The position numbers and the translations under genes are program-made. Shown one piece after another: positions 1 through 14,246 of a DNA stretch of 64,000 nucleotides (positions within the stretch are counted from its first letter, which is position 1; each line of letters starts with the position of its first letter). The notes under the pieces were generated by a model. It saw nothing but the letters and a program-made list of their open reading frames with translations. It ran no database searches and was not told the origin of the DNA. This stretch comes from Paraspadella gotoi (Eukaryota > Animalia > Chaetognatha): the NCBI GenBank assembly GCA_051294375.1, contig CM119266.1, positions 110,678-174,677 of the forward strand. Reading direction: 5' to 3'.

Positions 1-139
1 TCGTAGGAGTGGAAAAGAGTTCAAATTAGAAAACCAAAAGACACATTTATTTGAATTTTTTAAAGTTTTCTCTCTCTCTATCTCTCTCTGATTGATTGAA
101 TTGATTGATTGATTGATATGATTGCATTGATGAATGATT

Positions 140-445
140 GATTGACCGACCAAATTAAGCCAATTGTGACAAAAATATGCCAGTTGACCAAATTCTTAAA
201 GTTGACCAAATTATGCCAGTTGACCAAATTCTGCAAGTTGATCAAGTTCTTGCAAGTTGACCAAATTATGCCTGTTGACCAATTATGCAGTTGCCAAATT
301 AGGCCAGTTGATAAAATTATGCCAGTGACTAATTATGCCGGTTGACCAAATTAATCTTAATTGATCAAATATGTCAGTTGACTAAATTATGTCAGTTGAC
401 CAAATTATGCAAGTTGATTAAATTAGTAAGTTGACCAAGTTAGCT
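140..445 (+). repeat. ~19-nt tandem repeat (GTTGACCAAATTATGCCA-type)
   Basis: Many degenerate units; second array at ~34160-34495; internal to HINE family 1. Confidence 0.85.
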
Positions 446-945
446 TATTACCACTTAATTATCGATTGACCTGGAATTTTGTATGTTGAGTAGAAAAGTG
501 TGTGATTGAACAGGAAACCAAGTTTCGCATGGAATCTTTTGAAGTGGATATAGTTTCAATGGAAAAAAACAAAAAACCTGTTTTCACTAATTGATTATGA
601 TTTTTTTCCTTTTATATTAAATGTATATGCAGGATGGATTAATAATCAAATAATTAATCACGCTAATTAATCAATTAGTCAATTAATTAATCAAAATTAA
701 TTATTCAGTCATCATCCGTCCATCCGTGCCACCTTAGAAAAAGCTCCATTAACTCGTGATTGGCTGGTTGGATTGGAATGAAATTTTGTGTGTTGGTAGG
801 AAAGTGTGTGATAAAGCTGGATATAAAGTTTCGACGGAATCGTGTGAGTGAAATGAGTTTAAGTGGAAAAAACATAAGTCGAATTTAATAAAGTATTTTT
901 TACTTATTTTAAGCAATAAGTACTTTAATTTAATCATAATTGGAA

Positions 946-3900
946 TAAGGGACCGAAGCAAATTAAAAATATTACTATGGCCGCATACATACGGAAGTCG
1001 GTACAGTTATTACTAAGTAGTAATCAATTTTTAAACGGTTTTAAAGCTATAAGCGGCAAAAAAGTACCTAACATAACTAGGCGCACTACAGTTGAACATT
1101 ATTACATTATGCAAATGAGATTCACGAAATCATAAAAATTTTTTTTAAACGATTTTCAAAAATTTGAATGAAATTTCTTTATTTGTATAGTTTAAGCAGA
1201 ATTTCGTTATCTGGAATACCTAAACTATCATTTAAATCATAAAATCGAAAAATTACATTATATTTCAAAAATTGTCAATTGACAGACAAACAATCTAACA
1301 CGAAAATAGCTGCCAAATCAAAATAAACTATATTAGATACAAATTCAATTACATAGCGTCTAGTGCCTTGACAAAGTCCTCCATATCAACACTTTTTCTA
1401 TAAGTTACCTTATCTAGGTAAATAATAAGATTTTCGCAATAAGTCTTGGCATTTAACTTTTTGTAGTGTTGCTTTAGCCTAAAAATTTGTGAATTCTTTG
1501 GAAAAGATACACACGAATCCCGAGCAAAACGAACTTCCAAATAAAGCCTATCTACTTTTTCTTCTTCTGAAATTGCTTTAGCTAAAAATTCTTTGACTTC
1601 TTTGGATGATATAAAAGGTCCACCTCTGCTTTTTAATTTTTGAAGATCCGAATTTCGACGTTGGTCTAAACTAAGTTGTTGAATTTCTTTCTGACTAAAA
1701 CCATCTTCCCGTAACTTTGCTTGTTTTTGTTCCCAAGCTTGCACTATAGCTGGTAAGATTTTCTGACTTTCCATCTGTCGAAAAGAATTAGAAATGTTTT
1801 TACCGCGAGTGAGATGTAATGATTTTCCTAAAACATGGGAGGTACTGGCAGTAGCAAGATTTTTAGCCCCACGAATTTTAAGTTCATAATTTATAGAACC
1901 AACTGAACGTTCCGCATCTAAATTGTTAATTGGGGCAGTTTTTAATTTGTTTTCATTCATATTTTCCAATGAAAGGTCAGTTGACTTATATTCACCAAAT
2001 GAAAAAATATCTCCCCGCTGTTTTTGCCATCCTTCTGCTAATCTTTGAGTGATAATTCGCAACATTTTGAGGACTTCAGTCTTGTAATAAATTTTTAATT
2101 TTTAATGTTTAAAATTTCTTTTTTATATTTTACTTCTTGAAAAATGCTCATGTTGTAAGAATTTTTCAACGGGAGCGTTTAACAAGTTTGCATAAAGACG
2201 TGGAAATGATTCTTTTAATTCTTCATAGGTTGTGAGTGAAGAAGACGTAAGTTTTACAAAAGGTTCAACAAGGTGAATTCCGAGTAGAGCTCCAACAACA
2301 CAAAATACACGTAAAAATTCCACATCTTCAAAACAACGAACAATGCAGGCCAGATTGTTCGTAACAGAATCAAATTTTTGTAAGAATGACGTGATATCTT
2401 TATCATGATACAAGATTACAGCACAAAGAAAAGGGAATCTGGTAAATCGTTCTGAAGCTAAGCGAATTGAAACATTTTGTTTGGGAGAGATATGAATATC
2501 AAATTCACTTGCTTTGTTCCAACTCTTATGGTCAAAATCATGAGATATCAGACGTGATGAACAATCTAAAAACTGAGTAATTATCGATTCATGGGAATTA
2601 GGGGTTAAATTAAAGGAGGCAAAAATTTTTTCCTGTCCGATTGATTGCTCAATTTCTTTAAAAGTTGAGTCGATTTTCCGATTGAACATTAAAACTGGAT
2701 GAACGTGACATAAAAGATGTTTTGGGATATGATCAACATTGAGTTCATCAGCAAGCAGTTTTTCGACTTCCAGATTGTGAGCAGTGGAGTCTGTCATGAC
2801 GAAGTCTAATTTGTTGTAAATACTTTCCACCGAGATGCCACCAACAGTTGACAAAATCGTGAGTATTGTTTTCTGAAATAAAAAGGAAACGCCTCTAAAT
2901 ATCTTTTGTATTTTTAACGTGAATGAATCAAATTTAATAATCTGGATATCTATAACCCCATAAAAAAAATGTCTAGTTAATTAATGTATTATTTAAAATA
3001 AAGACAATGTTAGCGATAATTTTTTTTGGAAGGAAAAAATTACATTTTAAAATGTTTACTTTCTTCAAGGTTCAATAGATTTTGTTTTATATAAAAATGT
3101 AAAAACGGAAAACAAGAAAGAAAGAAAGAAAGAAAGAAAAAAAAGAAAGAAAGAAAAAGAAAGAAAGAAAGAAGAAGAAGAAAGAAAGAAAGAAAGAAAA
3201 AAAGAAAGAAAGAAAGAAAAGAAAGAAGAGAAAGAAGAAACAATCGATGTAAAAAATAATGATATATTTTTAACTAGTATGCCAAAAAAATTAATCGTTT
3301 CTAAGCTCAAGGCCAAAACAAAACTTAAGATATTTAGATATTTTAATATTAAAATTATTAAATCTAAGTTAAACAATATATGCTCAAATTTCGATTCTCA
3401 CCTTCAAATCTTTAAGATTAGCTCGAGTTTCACTTGAAATAGACAAAGTCGGAAGTGGATGATAAGATCCATCAATATTGATTCCTTGTACAGAAAACGA
3501 TCCTGTTCCTTGTTTCTTCGAACCATCATCGTGATAAGTTATGGAAGATTTATCATTTGAATGGACAATTTTTTCCACGATTTGATTCAAGGCAAATAAT
3601 TCTCTTACACGACTTTCCCGTCGATTGTTTGCTGAGGCAGGGGCAGTGTCAAGATCAATTTTAGTTTTGTCTTCATCAAAAAACTTCCAAGGGAGACCAA
3701 ATAAATTGTTTGCTGTAAGAATAACGGCTGCCACAGCTTGATTATCTGAACAATGATATTTAGATTTTAATATTGTAATAGTTTCATAATATTCAGGTTT
3801 AACTCGATTTATTGACTTTCACAAATGACGATAAGTTTCAGGGATTTCTCCAGCGTACGCGGAATCTTGACACAATTTTCTTCGTTTTGCACCCAAATCA

Positions 3901-5034
3901 TTCAAGTCCTCTTCATTGGGAATAAAATTTGGGTCAGATGGGTCATCAAACTTATCAAAAAACTTTTCTATATCAGCGTCCATCAATTTTTCTTTTTCAT
4001 TAATCAGAGCATACTCTTTTGCTTTTTTTTCCCTTTCTTCAAATGACTTGGTTTCTCTTTCTTTACGCTCGGCACTTTTTTTCCATTGCCGATCGACAAA
4101 ATTATCGCAAAACATTTTTCGTTCGCTTCTTTGGTCATCCAAAAACTTTTTTTCAATCTCAGTCATGCTCACTCCATAAAAAAGTTCTTGGCGTTTGTTC
4201 CGTTGTTCGTCTGCGCAAGCGATGTCAAAGAGATGAGTTGAGATTCGATCAAAAAAGATCTTGACGGAGGATTTCCAATCTGTATCTCGACGAGCAACAG
4301 GGGCTTTTTGAAAACCACGAAATTCGTCAAAGAGTTTCATTACCTAAAGTTAGGTCAACAACATGTTTATTGTATTCCCATAAATATAAATTTTAAAAAA
4401 AGTTTTAAAACATGTGCAAACCTGTTCTTTTATTCTTCTATATGTCTTTGTATACACGTTGCAGTGAATCCAAATGTCAATCAGATTATACGTTATCAAT
4501 TTTAATGACTCGTCAAGTGTAACGCGTTGCGATTTAAAATGAATAAACCTGATTTATTATTATATATTATATATATATATTATTAGTTTTAATTATATTA
4601 TTGAAGTAAACAATAAAAAATAAAGTATTGACATTATACAACGAAATACCTGGAGAACATGAAGTTCTAATGGTAAGACACCGGTTGGGAAATCTAGAGT
4701 TGCAGACAATGTAACATCCCCCAAAGGTACAAGGCAGGAAGAACGTAAAAGCGTAGGCATCTTTTAAAAAGTATTAACTCGCTCTTTCTGATCTAGCTCG
4801 GCAGATTTCTAGAAAAAAAAATCTTGTTGTGTCTTTTGTTTTTAGCGAGATACCGACTCGATCCGATAGGAAAAATGAAAGAAAATCGAAGCAATTACAC
4901 TACGAATAAAATAATTTTTGCGCCAGCTTGTCTTAAAATACTTAGGCAATATTACTTCTTAATTCTCTAAAAAAATCATACTACCAATAGAAAATTTGGT
5001 ATAGGGCATGATTCAAATTTGCTTCGGTCCCTAA
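946..5034 (-). mobile_element. Cut-and-paste DNA transposon, hAT-like (probably hATm-type), about 4.1 kb
   Basis: TIRs AGGGACCGAAGCAAATT (948-964) and its reverse complement ending at 5032; degenerate ~8-bp TSD (aattggaa / atttggat) interrupting the host repeat sequence cataattggatggatag; internal transposase. Confidence 0.85.
1349..4760 (-). pseudogene. Intron-containing DDE transposase, disrupted
   Basis: ORFs 3819-4340, 3384-3734, 2123-2854 and 1349-2065 plus small upstream exons from ATG 4760. Motifs LFDIAC...FLDDQRSERKM, YHDDGS (D1), VMTDS (D2), CHVH (CxxH), NNLDAERSVG (E). In-frame TGA at 3819-3821 and an apparent phase slip at the first intron. Confidence 0.85.
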
Positions 5035-5213
5035 TTTGGATGGATAGATTGAGTTGAAATTTTTTGTGTGGGTAGAAAAATGTGTAACGATGCTTGATAT
5101 AAAGTTTAAGTGGAAACGTACGAGTGGAAATGAGTTTAAATGAAAAAAAATATGAGTCACATTTACTTGAATCTTTTTACTTATTTTAACCCATAATAGA
5201 TTGAGATGAAATT

Positions 5214-6853
5214 ATTTGTTTCAGAGTCATGATTTGGCAGAAGATTTAGTAGTTAATAGTTTGATTTGGTCTTTTCATGCCAATAATATAAGAAAAGGAC
5301 AATACAAATTATTTCTGGAAGAAACATAATATTTATATTTAAAGAAGCACTGATCTTCAGAGAACTTCTGTCTCCCTCAAAGGTGCATAACAAATTAACA
5401 CAAAAATTTACAAATACAGTTTTAGGTAAGGTTTCTACTCTTCCATTTGGCTGAAATCCATTCCCTTTTAACTGTTGTTCTGAATGTTTTTTTACAAAAT
5501 CTTGAAAATAGGCATTAAGCCCTAGGAATTTATCATTAGCTAATTTTAATATTGATAATTTTACCTTTTTGGCGTCATTATGTGGATGATATTTTAAATA
5601 TATTCCACCAAGTTTTGATATTGAAGCTTTTATGACATACATTAATTCTTTTGAACCAAGAATTCAGTTTACTTTTGAATCACAAACTACAAATGAATTT
5701 TCTTTCCTGGATATAAGATTTTAAATGAAAATGGATGCATTGAAACTAGTGTATTTAGAAAGAAAAACGCACACAAATTTATATACCTATTTCTCTTCCT
5801 TTTGTGATTTCAAATCTAAAAAATCTATTATTGAAACCAGTACTAGAAGAGCCTTAAAATATTGTTCTAACTGAACAGTTGTTAAAGGATGAATTGACTT
5901 TAATAGAATCTGTTTCTGTTGCAAATGGATGGGACAGAGAAAAGGCAAAAGAAGTAATATTAAAAACTGAAAGCAAAGGTTCAAGAAGAGGAATTACAAA
6001 AACTAAAGAAATCCTATTATATTTGATGAAATCAAAAAACAAAATAAAGTAGAACAATTAACTAAACAAAGAATGACAGTTCCTTTTCCTGGACCTGTAA
6101 TAGCTTCTACTTTAAATAGGATATGTAAACGTTTTAATAATTTTACCTGCTTACAAAAGTTGTAATACAATTAACAAAACCTAATTAAACTTAAAGATCC
6201 GGTCCCTGATGAACAAAAATCTGGTATTGTTTATCAAATCCCTTTAAAATGTGGTAAAATGTAACATTGGGGAAACTGACAGGTTGTGGGAAAAAAGAAA
6301 ATCGGAACATAAGAATTATGTAAAAGATAATAAAATAAAAGATTCTGCTATTTTAGACATCTTTTTGATTGCACTAATACCTGTCAATTTCCTAACCCAG
6401 GGTTATTTGGGATGAATGTAAAAAATTAGAAACAGAAAATAATAAATTAAAAAGATTGTCCTTAGAAAGTATTCATATTAAAAAGAATAAACTTAAAACA
6501 GTAAATAGAAATGAAGGAAATGTAGCACTGAATGGGACAAGGCTCTTAAGGTCACCTTTGAAAATAAAAGACAAAAAACAATTTGGTTTAAGGTCATCTC
6601 AAGCCTATAGAATTCAAAGGCAGAGAAGAGAAAGAAATGGCCAGAGTGAGGAGAATGGATTTTCAGCCAAAGGGAAGAGTAGAAACCTTACCTAAAACTG
6701 TTTTGTAAATTTTGTGTTAATTTGTTATGCACCTTTGAGGGAGACAGAAGTCTCTGAAGATAGTGCTTATTTAAATATAAATATTATGTTACTTCCAAGA
6801 TAATTGTTTCCTTTTATATTATTGGCATGAAAAGACCAAATCAAACTATTAAC
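5214..6853 (+). mobile_element. 5'-truncated Penelope-like retroelement with inverted pseudo-LTR
   Basis: Frameshifted RT (FWRHYVDD with YVDD at 5579-5590; IQFTFE..FSFLD; TSVFRKKTHT) and GIY-YIG nuclease (SGIVYQIPLKCG..IGET, ~6220-6290). 5249-5463 is the reverse complement of ~6653-6855. 17-bp TSD TAGATTGAGATGAAATT at 5197-5213 and 6854-6870. Confidence 0.9.
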
Positions 6854-9800
6854 TAGATTGAGATGAAATTTTATGAGCGGGTAGGAAAGTGTGTGAAGAA
6901 GCAAGATATAAAGTTTTGACGGAATTTTGCCAGTGGAAATTAGTTTAAATGGAAAAAACATAAGTCACATTTACTTGAATCTTTATTATTTATGATTACT
7001 ATATTTATGATTACTAATAAATGTTTTAATTATTTAATTAATGAATTAATTAATGTGAAAAAATGATGCAATTTAAAAAAATTATGCAAGTTGAAAAAAT
7101 GATGCAAGCAGAAAATGATGCAAGTCAAAAAAATCCTAAAAGCATAAGGATCGTCGCAATTGCAAAGAGAGAGATAGAGAGAGAGAGAGAAGAAGAGCAG
7201 AAAATGAGCATAAGGATCGTCGCAATTGCAAGAGAGAGAGAGAGAGAGAGCAGAAAAATGAGCATAAGGATCGTTTGCTGCAAAGAGGAGGAGAGAGAGA
7301 GAGGAGAAGAGAGAGAGATCCGAGAAAAAAATTAGCAAATAAAAAGGTTGTTATTTTACTCACTGAATAAAAATACTTAAAATACTTACAAAATACATAA
7401 AATTGATAAAATTATTATTCCGATAACATTGTTTAATCACAGCATAATTCTCTCGATTATACTGCTGCAGTCACAGCGCGGCAGCTCTCAAAATATGTGA
7501 CACTCTGTCTTATAATCTTACTTCAATACCCACGTCTCTCCCACATGGAGGGACACAGACCGCCACACTCTCAGACTCTACCGCTTCATTTACCTACGTA
7601 CCAAGTTGGTCCCCCCTAATATCTAATCTGAACCGGCGTCCCCACCTCGCCTACATCTGGTCACCGCCCACTACGGCGTCCTCGTCAATCCGTACCTACT
7701 GTCACACTGCCATCTGCTAGCCAGGCTGTCTCATCCAATAACAGAATGTTGTCCTTTTTTCCCTCTCTCTAGAATGAACTAAATTCGCATCTTTCAGATA
7801 TCTAGTAACTTTAGTATATAGAGGTTCATGTATAACCAATTTTTATACTAATCGTCCATATGCAACCAAGATGACAAAAAAAGTAACTTTCCACTTTAAA
7901 TCTACACTGGTGATATTTTTTATTTCCTGACAGGACACTCTGCGGTGTTCTTGATTGTCAGACGCCTTAAACAAGTTAAACCACGAAAGTCATCGCTCCT
8001 GAGCGTCACCTGTATATAATACTTTTTCAAACTTTTGAGCCCCAATAAACTTGCGCGTTTTAAAAATACGCAAAACAAGCCTTAAAAATCATTGATCATC
8101 ATCTATTATTCGGCACCTGAATTTTTATTTTTTTAAATTGTCAGTCTATCTTAATTATTTCTAAATAAATCATTTTAAAAAGTTGTCCGCATATAATAAA
8201 CCTGTTATCAAGCTTTGTGAAGGCTCTCATCGCTCAGATATCATATAAAAAAATTGATAAGCAAAAATTTTTAAAAATTTATCTTTCATTTCATATTATT
8301 TAATAGTCCGCCTTAACGCATGATATTATTTGAGTGCCGGTAGAAGTTCTAGTTTTCTAACTCGTTCCGGCCTTTACGATATCATAGTAAGGTCACAAGC
8401 CAACAATCTTTGAAGCACTACTTTTGACCCTGAACTCGTCTATGAGTTTCCTGCTTATAATACCACATTATAATATTTCCTGATTCCTCGCTTTTACAGT
8501 ACTTAAATCCAGATGTTATTTTCAATGTACTCTACAATTTCTTTAATTCAGTCTGTTCGACTTGGCGCTTGTGTTGGCACTCTGAAGTATTCTTAATAGT
8601 TTGAGCATGAACGGTACTTATATAGCATGAGATATTATTCACTGAAAATCTTCATGTGGTACCGTGCCACATTATGCCACAGAAGTGGGACAATGGAGAT
8701 GTGGAGATAACACACAAGATAAATAAGTCCACATTTACCACTGTCTGAATCTTGTATATATGTTATATGATTATTACTACATAACATGGCTGTTGTGCTG
8801 AAATTACGAACTAGTAAATTAATAAACACATTGATCTCTTTCTAACATTCTCAAATGCAAGTCATTAAGTAATTCACTATCACATAATTCTAAATTTAAT
8901 AGATTAATAATTAAATGGTACGAAACACGAATCTGATTCGTCCAATCGTTTAAAAAAATCTTAAAATTCAATAAAGATCGTCCAGCAATGTCACAAATAT
9001 CAGCCAGATAATGAATAGACGAGAGATTGATATGAGACGAGCTGAGAGGAGAGTAAAGACGAGAGAGAGAGAAGTGAAGACGATAAGAAATAAAAGCTAT
9101 GAGGATATTTCGGTTTGTTTTGAGTAAGAAATGTAAACACAACACATATGTTTAAATAATGTCTTAATCCAAATTTAAGTGACATCGATTGACATGATTA
9201 GAAGTTGAAATATAAATTTAAAATTAATTATTACATATAATTTTTAGATTGGTTGTACCAATTTCATATTAAAATAAATTAATTAATTAATTAATCGATT
9301 AATTAATTAATTAATTAATTATCGTAGGCAGATCCGACATTGTTTGCTCAAACTTGTTATACATAAGATATTTATACAAATATACATATTGACTCACATA
9401 TGTATATTTTGAACAGTTTGCCTTGAATGATCAAAAAGTAAATCGATGTTTAACGCAGTGGGATGTCGACAAGAAAGAGAAAATAATGTTTATGCAACCC
9501 CCAGTGAGTAATGGATCCAACTAATAAAAAAAATAAGACATCAATACGGCCTTTGGGAAAGTTCAATGGGAAGGGTCAATGTTATTGGCGAGTCGGCCGC
9601 TTTCCTCTCCTTTGCCTCCCCCCCCACCCCCTTCTCTCAATTCATCCCACAGGATTTCTATTCGACCCGAGGGGGAAAAAGTTTTTTCTCCGGTCAAATG
9701 GCTAACGTCTCATTGATCACTTGTTCACTTGGTCGATGAGCAATGGACATTCGGTTGGTGCCCCATCGTCTAGATGGCTCGTCGCAAAAAGAATAAATAT

Positions 9801-9872
9801 CTCTTTCCTTTGCTTGAACAAACTTTAGCACGTGACTTATTTAAAGGTTCCTTTCTGCTTTTCGTTTCCTAA

Positions 9873-10000
<128 letters not shown>

Positions 10001-11523
10001 CCATATTTTTTTGGGTCGCAATGAGGCTATGAGGCAGGCGACATGGTCTTTTTTTTTAAAAGAATCTTTCCGCCGTCACACTTACATACTTTCATGGTAT
10101 TCGCTTACATTACATTCACTTACATACTTTCATGGAATTCGCTATCAAAGTCTCATCGTCGTCATTATCGTCGCCTTCGTCATCGCCGCAATCCCTTCGA
10201 CCTCATTTTTCCGCTCCTCTATACATGCAGGACGCAAATAATGTCGACTAATAAAAACGCCCATGACGCCATCTACGACGATAACGACGCTGATGACGAC
10301 GACCACGCCATCGCCAACGCCACCTATGACGATCATAAAGACCCACCGCTAGTCGGCGCGGATATTACGGACGTCGTCGCCCACGTCGCTTCTCGAGAAT
10401 CGCCAACGCCAGCAGAAATTGCCGCAACGACGTCGACAATATCGTCGTCGTGGTTGTTGTCGTGGTTGTTGTCATCGTTGTTGTCGTCGTCGTTGTCGTC
10501 GTAGTTGCCCAGGACGCCTCGCTAGTAGTCGTCGTCGTCGTTGTCGTCGTTGTCGTCGTCGTAGATGCCCAGGACGCCTCGCTCGTAGTCGTCGTTGTCG
10601 TCGTGGTCGTCGTTGTTGTCGTTGTTGTCGTCGTAGATGCCCAGGACGCCTCGCTAGTAGTCCAAGCTCGAGCGGCGAACTTTTGCCATACGGTGACTTC
10701 CGCTAAATGACGAACCGCCAAGCCGCTCACTGAAAATATACTAAATTGACGTGAATTTTTACTTGTCGCCTTCAACCCTGTTTCTCTATTTCTCATTTTG
10801 TTCACTCCAAATGTCTAACGACGCTATCACAGCTCTCTGTCCCTTAAGATCACATCTTTTTCGTCAGATCTCCATTTCTCTATTTCGATCTTACCTCGGG
10901 CGAATTTGTTCTCATTCTCTCTCCGCTTTTTTTTCAATCCAAACATCACTCCTTTCGTCTTGTTCTTTCTCATCTCATTCGTCCCATCACATTCTGTATT
11001 TAAGTCTCATAAATCCCTCAGTCAACCCTTCTATCTTTGACCCAACGAGACCGAATCCTCCGAAATCTCATCACGATATCCGTAACTTAACTTGCCCCGT
11101 GCCGACCGTGACATCAAGTTCGATCCCCATCCCCTTTTCCCCTCCTATCGAATTCTTCATCCCCTTATCCCCTTCATCCCCTCCTATCTAATTCTTCATC
11201 CCCTTATCCCCTTCATCCCCGAATGGTCCCATCGCGTGTTGGAAGTCATTCACTACGTGGCTCCGCCTTCACGCAACGCGTGCCAGGTACTCGAAAATCA
11301 GGCGCGGATCAGGCGCGGTCTCATCACCGGTGGCCGTCGCCTCGGCCCCCATCTGTTTGGTGCTTATAATCTCTAATCGTCGTTCATCTTGAATATTTGG
11401 CACTATTTTCCGAAAAACCCCTATTCCGGTTCCTTTATTGATTGCTAACATAATTTTAACACAATAGTATTATTTAAACCCCTTTTGTCCTTTCTTCATG
11501 GTTACCCCGTCCCATCTCCAGAC

Positions 11524-12762
11524 TAGAGTTCCGATAACCGTTAACAGTTAACGGTTATTAACGGTTAAAAATAATTTTAACTTAACCGTTAATATATTTA
11601 TTTTAACGGTTAAATTCGGTTAATTTTCAAATATGATTTTTGTTATGAAAACTTTGATTTTTTAAGAAAAAATTTTTTTCCTTATTCTCCTCTCCCTTTC
11701 TCACTATATTTTTCCCTCTCTCTGTCTACATTTCCCCTTCTTTTTTCTTTGTTATTTTCAGCCCTTTTAACTCTTTTCTATCCTAATCTATTTTCATTTT
11801 TTTCTGCGGTTTCGGTTTTTTTTACTTACTTTCTCCCAATTGTGTTCGTGTTTTACCTTTCAGCTCAATTTTATGCATTTACATACAAGAATATATTTAA
11901 ATATAAATTGCATTTCTGCATATATTTTTTTGCAAATCAAATTTTACATGCAATAAATTTCTATTTTGCTAATACAAAAAATAAATAATCTTTCTTATTT
12001 TACTTTTTTTAGCTTTTTCTTTCAATTTTTCGATCATTCAACCATTCAATTAATAAATTGATATTCGTAATTAAGAGAAACAAAGTTTATTTGTTTACAA
12101 ACAACGGGTTTTATTCCAAAAACGGACATGCTATTTCGACTCTAGTTTTTCCGAGTCTACATCAGCGCGTGAGAGTCGAAACATGTCCTTTTTTTTAAAT
12201 AAAAAACCGTTGTTTGTAAACAAATAGACTTTACTTTCACTTACATATAAACGCAACGAAAAGAAAGTCTTAACACAATATTCATAATTATAATTTATAT
12301 TTATGGTCATTGTTTATGAAAGACTAACAACTAACAACTATAAAAATAATGAGGAAGAGAAATAAAAAAAGAAAAAGCGAAAACGAAAGAAAAAGAGAGA
12401 AAGAGAAAACAAATATACAGAATTAAAATTACATTGTGCTTTTCTTTCATTGTCTTTTTCATTATTTTATTATGCTATGAGGGCAAAAGAAAAATTTATT
12501 TAATGCTGTTTTTTCAACCAATTTTTCATTTATCAACTATAATGTGTACCTCATCTATCTAAAATAAAAGATAGACGATTCAGTAAGCCGGAGTTAAGGA
12601 GAAAATACCATTAAAATGCTTTAGTTATATTTCGAATATTAATATTTTAAATTTAAAATTAAATTTATAAAATAACCGATTTTTAACGGGTTAACCGTTA
12701 AAAACGTTAGTTTTTAACGGGTTAAGGCAAGTCCTCAAAAATTAACGGTTAACGGAACCCTA
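11524..12762. mobile_element. Non-autonomous hAT-like element with AACCGTTAA subterminal repeats
   Basis: Ends TAGAGTTCCG / CGGAACCCTA, many AACCG/CGGTT subterminal motifs, imperfect TSD TCCAGAC; interrupts the 72-bp tandem repeat. Confidence 0.75.
12075..12245. mobile_element. Short inverted pLTR remnant with two broken hammerhead halves
   Basis: GGACATG..TTTCGACTC...GAGTC.ACATCAG (minus-strand ribozyme remnant) abuts GAGTCGAAACATGTCC; flanks TTTGTTTACAAACAACGG / CCGTTGTTTGTAAACAAA are inverted repeats. Confidence 0.65.
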
Positions 12763-12763
12763 C

Positions 12764-13070
12764 AGTCCAGACCTCATTTCATTCCCTCCTACCTCTAAAC
12801 TCCTTAGTGTCCCGTCTTCATTATCGCACCGTCCCATCTCCAGACCTCATTTCATTCCCTCCTTCCTCTAAACACCTTTTGTCTCGTCTTCATTATCGCA
12901 CCGTCCCATCTCCAGACTTCATTTCATTCCCTCCTATCTCTAAACTCCTTTTGTCCTGTCTTCATTATCGCACCATCCCATCTCCAGACCTCATTTCATT
13001 CCCTCCTATCTCTAAACTCCTTTTGTCCCGTCTTCATTATCGCACCGTTCCATCTCCAGACCTCATTTCC
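12764..13070 (+). repeat. 72-bp minisatellite, about 4 copies
   Basis: Unit CCAGACCTCATTTCATTCCCTCC...CACCGTCCCATCT; explains the 24-aa periodicity of ORF 12807-13184. Confidence 0.9.
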
Positions 13071-14205
13071 ATCCTTAAAAATCCTGAATCGAATCCTCCC
13101 ATCCTTAATCTCTCATTCCTTTCGTGCGGGACCCGCGGGTCTGGCTTATCTGAAACGTCACTCTTTTTTCAATCCGTCCTTTAGCTTCCCTTTTTCTTCA
13201 CTTTTCCTTACCTTCTTTTTTATTTTTATCCTTTATTCCTCCCTTTCTTTTTTCAGTATATTTTTCAGTAGTAGTAAGTGAAAAAAAGTTGAAATTTTGT
13301 CATCAAAATGGTCTTCAAACAAATTAATCTGTAGTACACACTTCACATAATTACCGCAGTATGCCTCATTTCACGAAAGAAGAACTGCATAACAAGGAGG
13401 CTCTTTTGCCTCCTTTCCTCCACTGTACCACAATTAGATAGGGTGTGCCATCGAGTCTAAACACTTGTGACATCTTAATTTGTCATTTTTATTTCTTTTA
13501 CAATAATTTCACCACTTCATTACGAAACTACCCAATAATTCCACAGACATAATACATGTACATTAGGGTGAAGTGAAAGTTTGGAATCAAAATTTAGCAG
13601 TAATATCTTAAAAACTATCATATTAGTGAATATTAATCTGTAATTTTTTTTTACAAATATAGTAGCCCAGTCAGCTTATTTTGTATATAGTACTACCCTT
13701 ATATAATGTCAAAATTTCAAAATATTTTTTTTTTAATTCTGAGAACAGATTCAGATTCCTTGTTAAAAGTTTATAAAAGAAAATATAAATCTTTTTTAAA
13801 AGTTATGTCAATAAGTAGGATAAAACTATAAAAAAATATATTTTTAAGTTTGAAATTGAAAATCAACGTCTTAAATATAGTTTTTTACATTTTTAACCAA
13901 CTTAATGAAAGAGGTCGAGGTGAAGACAGGTTAGGTTTAGGCCAGAGAGAGAGAGAGATAGATATTGAAACAAGTTTGAGCAAACAATGTCGGATCTGCC
14001 TACGATAATTAATTAATTAATTAATTAATCGATTAATTAATTAATTAATTTTAATATGTAATAATTAATTTTAAATTTATATTCAACTTATCATCATCGA
14101 TGTCCTTAAATTGGGTTAGGAGAGTTATTAAATATGTTATGTTTACATTTTATCAAAACAAACAAATATCCTCTATTTTATTTTATGTCTCCTTCTCTCT
14201 CTCTC

Positions 14206-14246
<41 letters not shown>

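Larger units (their letters stand above)
1..9358 (+). mobile_element. Helentron-associated (HINE/DINE-1-like) element, family 1, with nested insertions; 5' end outside the window
   Basis: 3' terminus GCAGATCCGAC-ATTGTTTGCTCAAACTTGTT (subterminal IR plus small hairpin); internal degenerate ~120-bp subrepeats (GAGTGGAAATGAGTTTAAATGGAAAAAA) shared with other copies. Confidence 0.65.
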
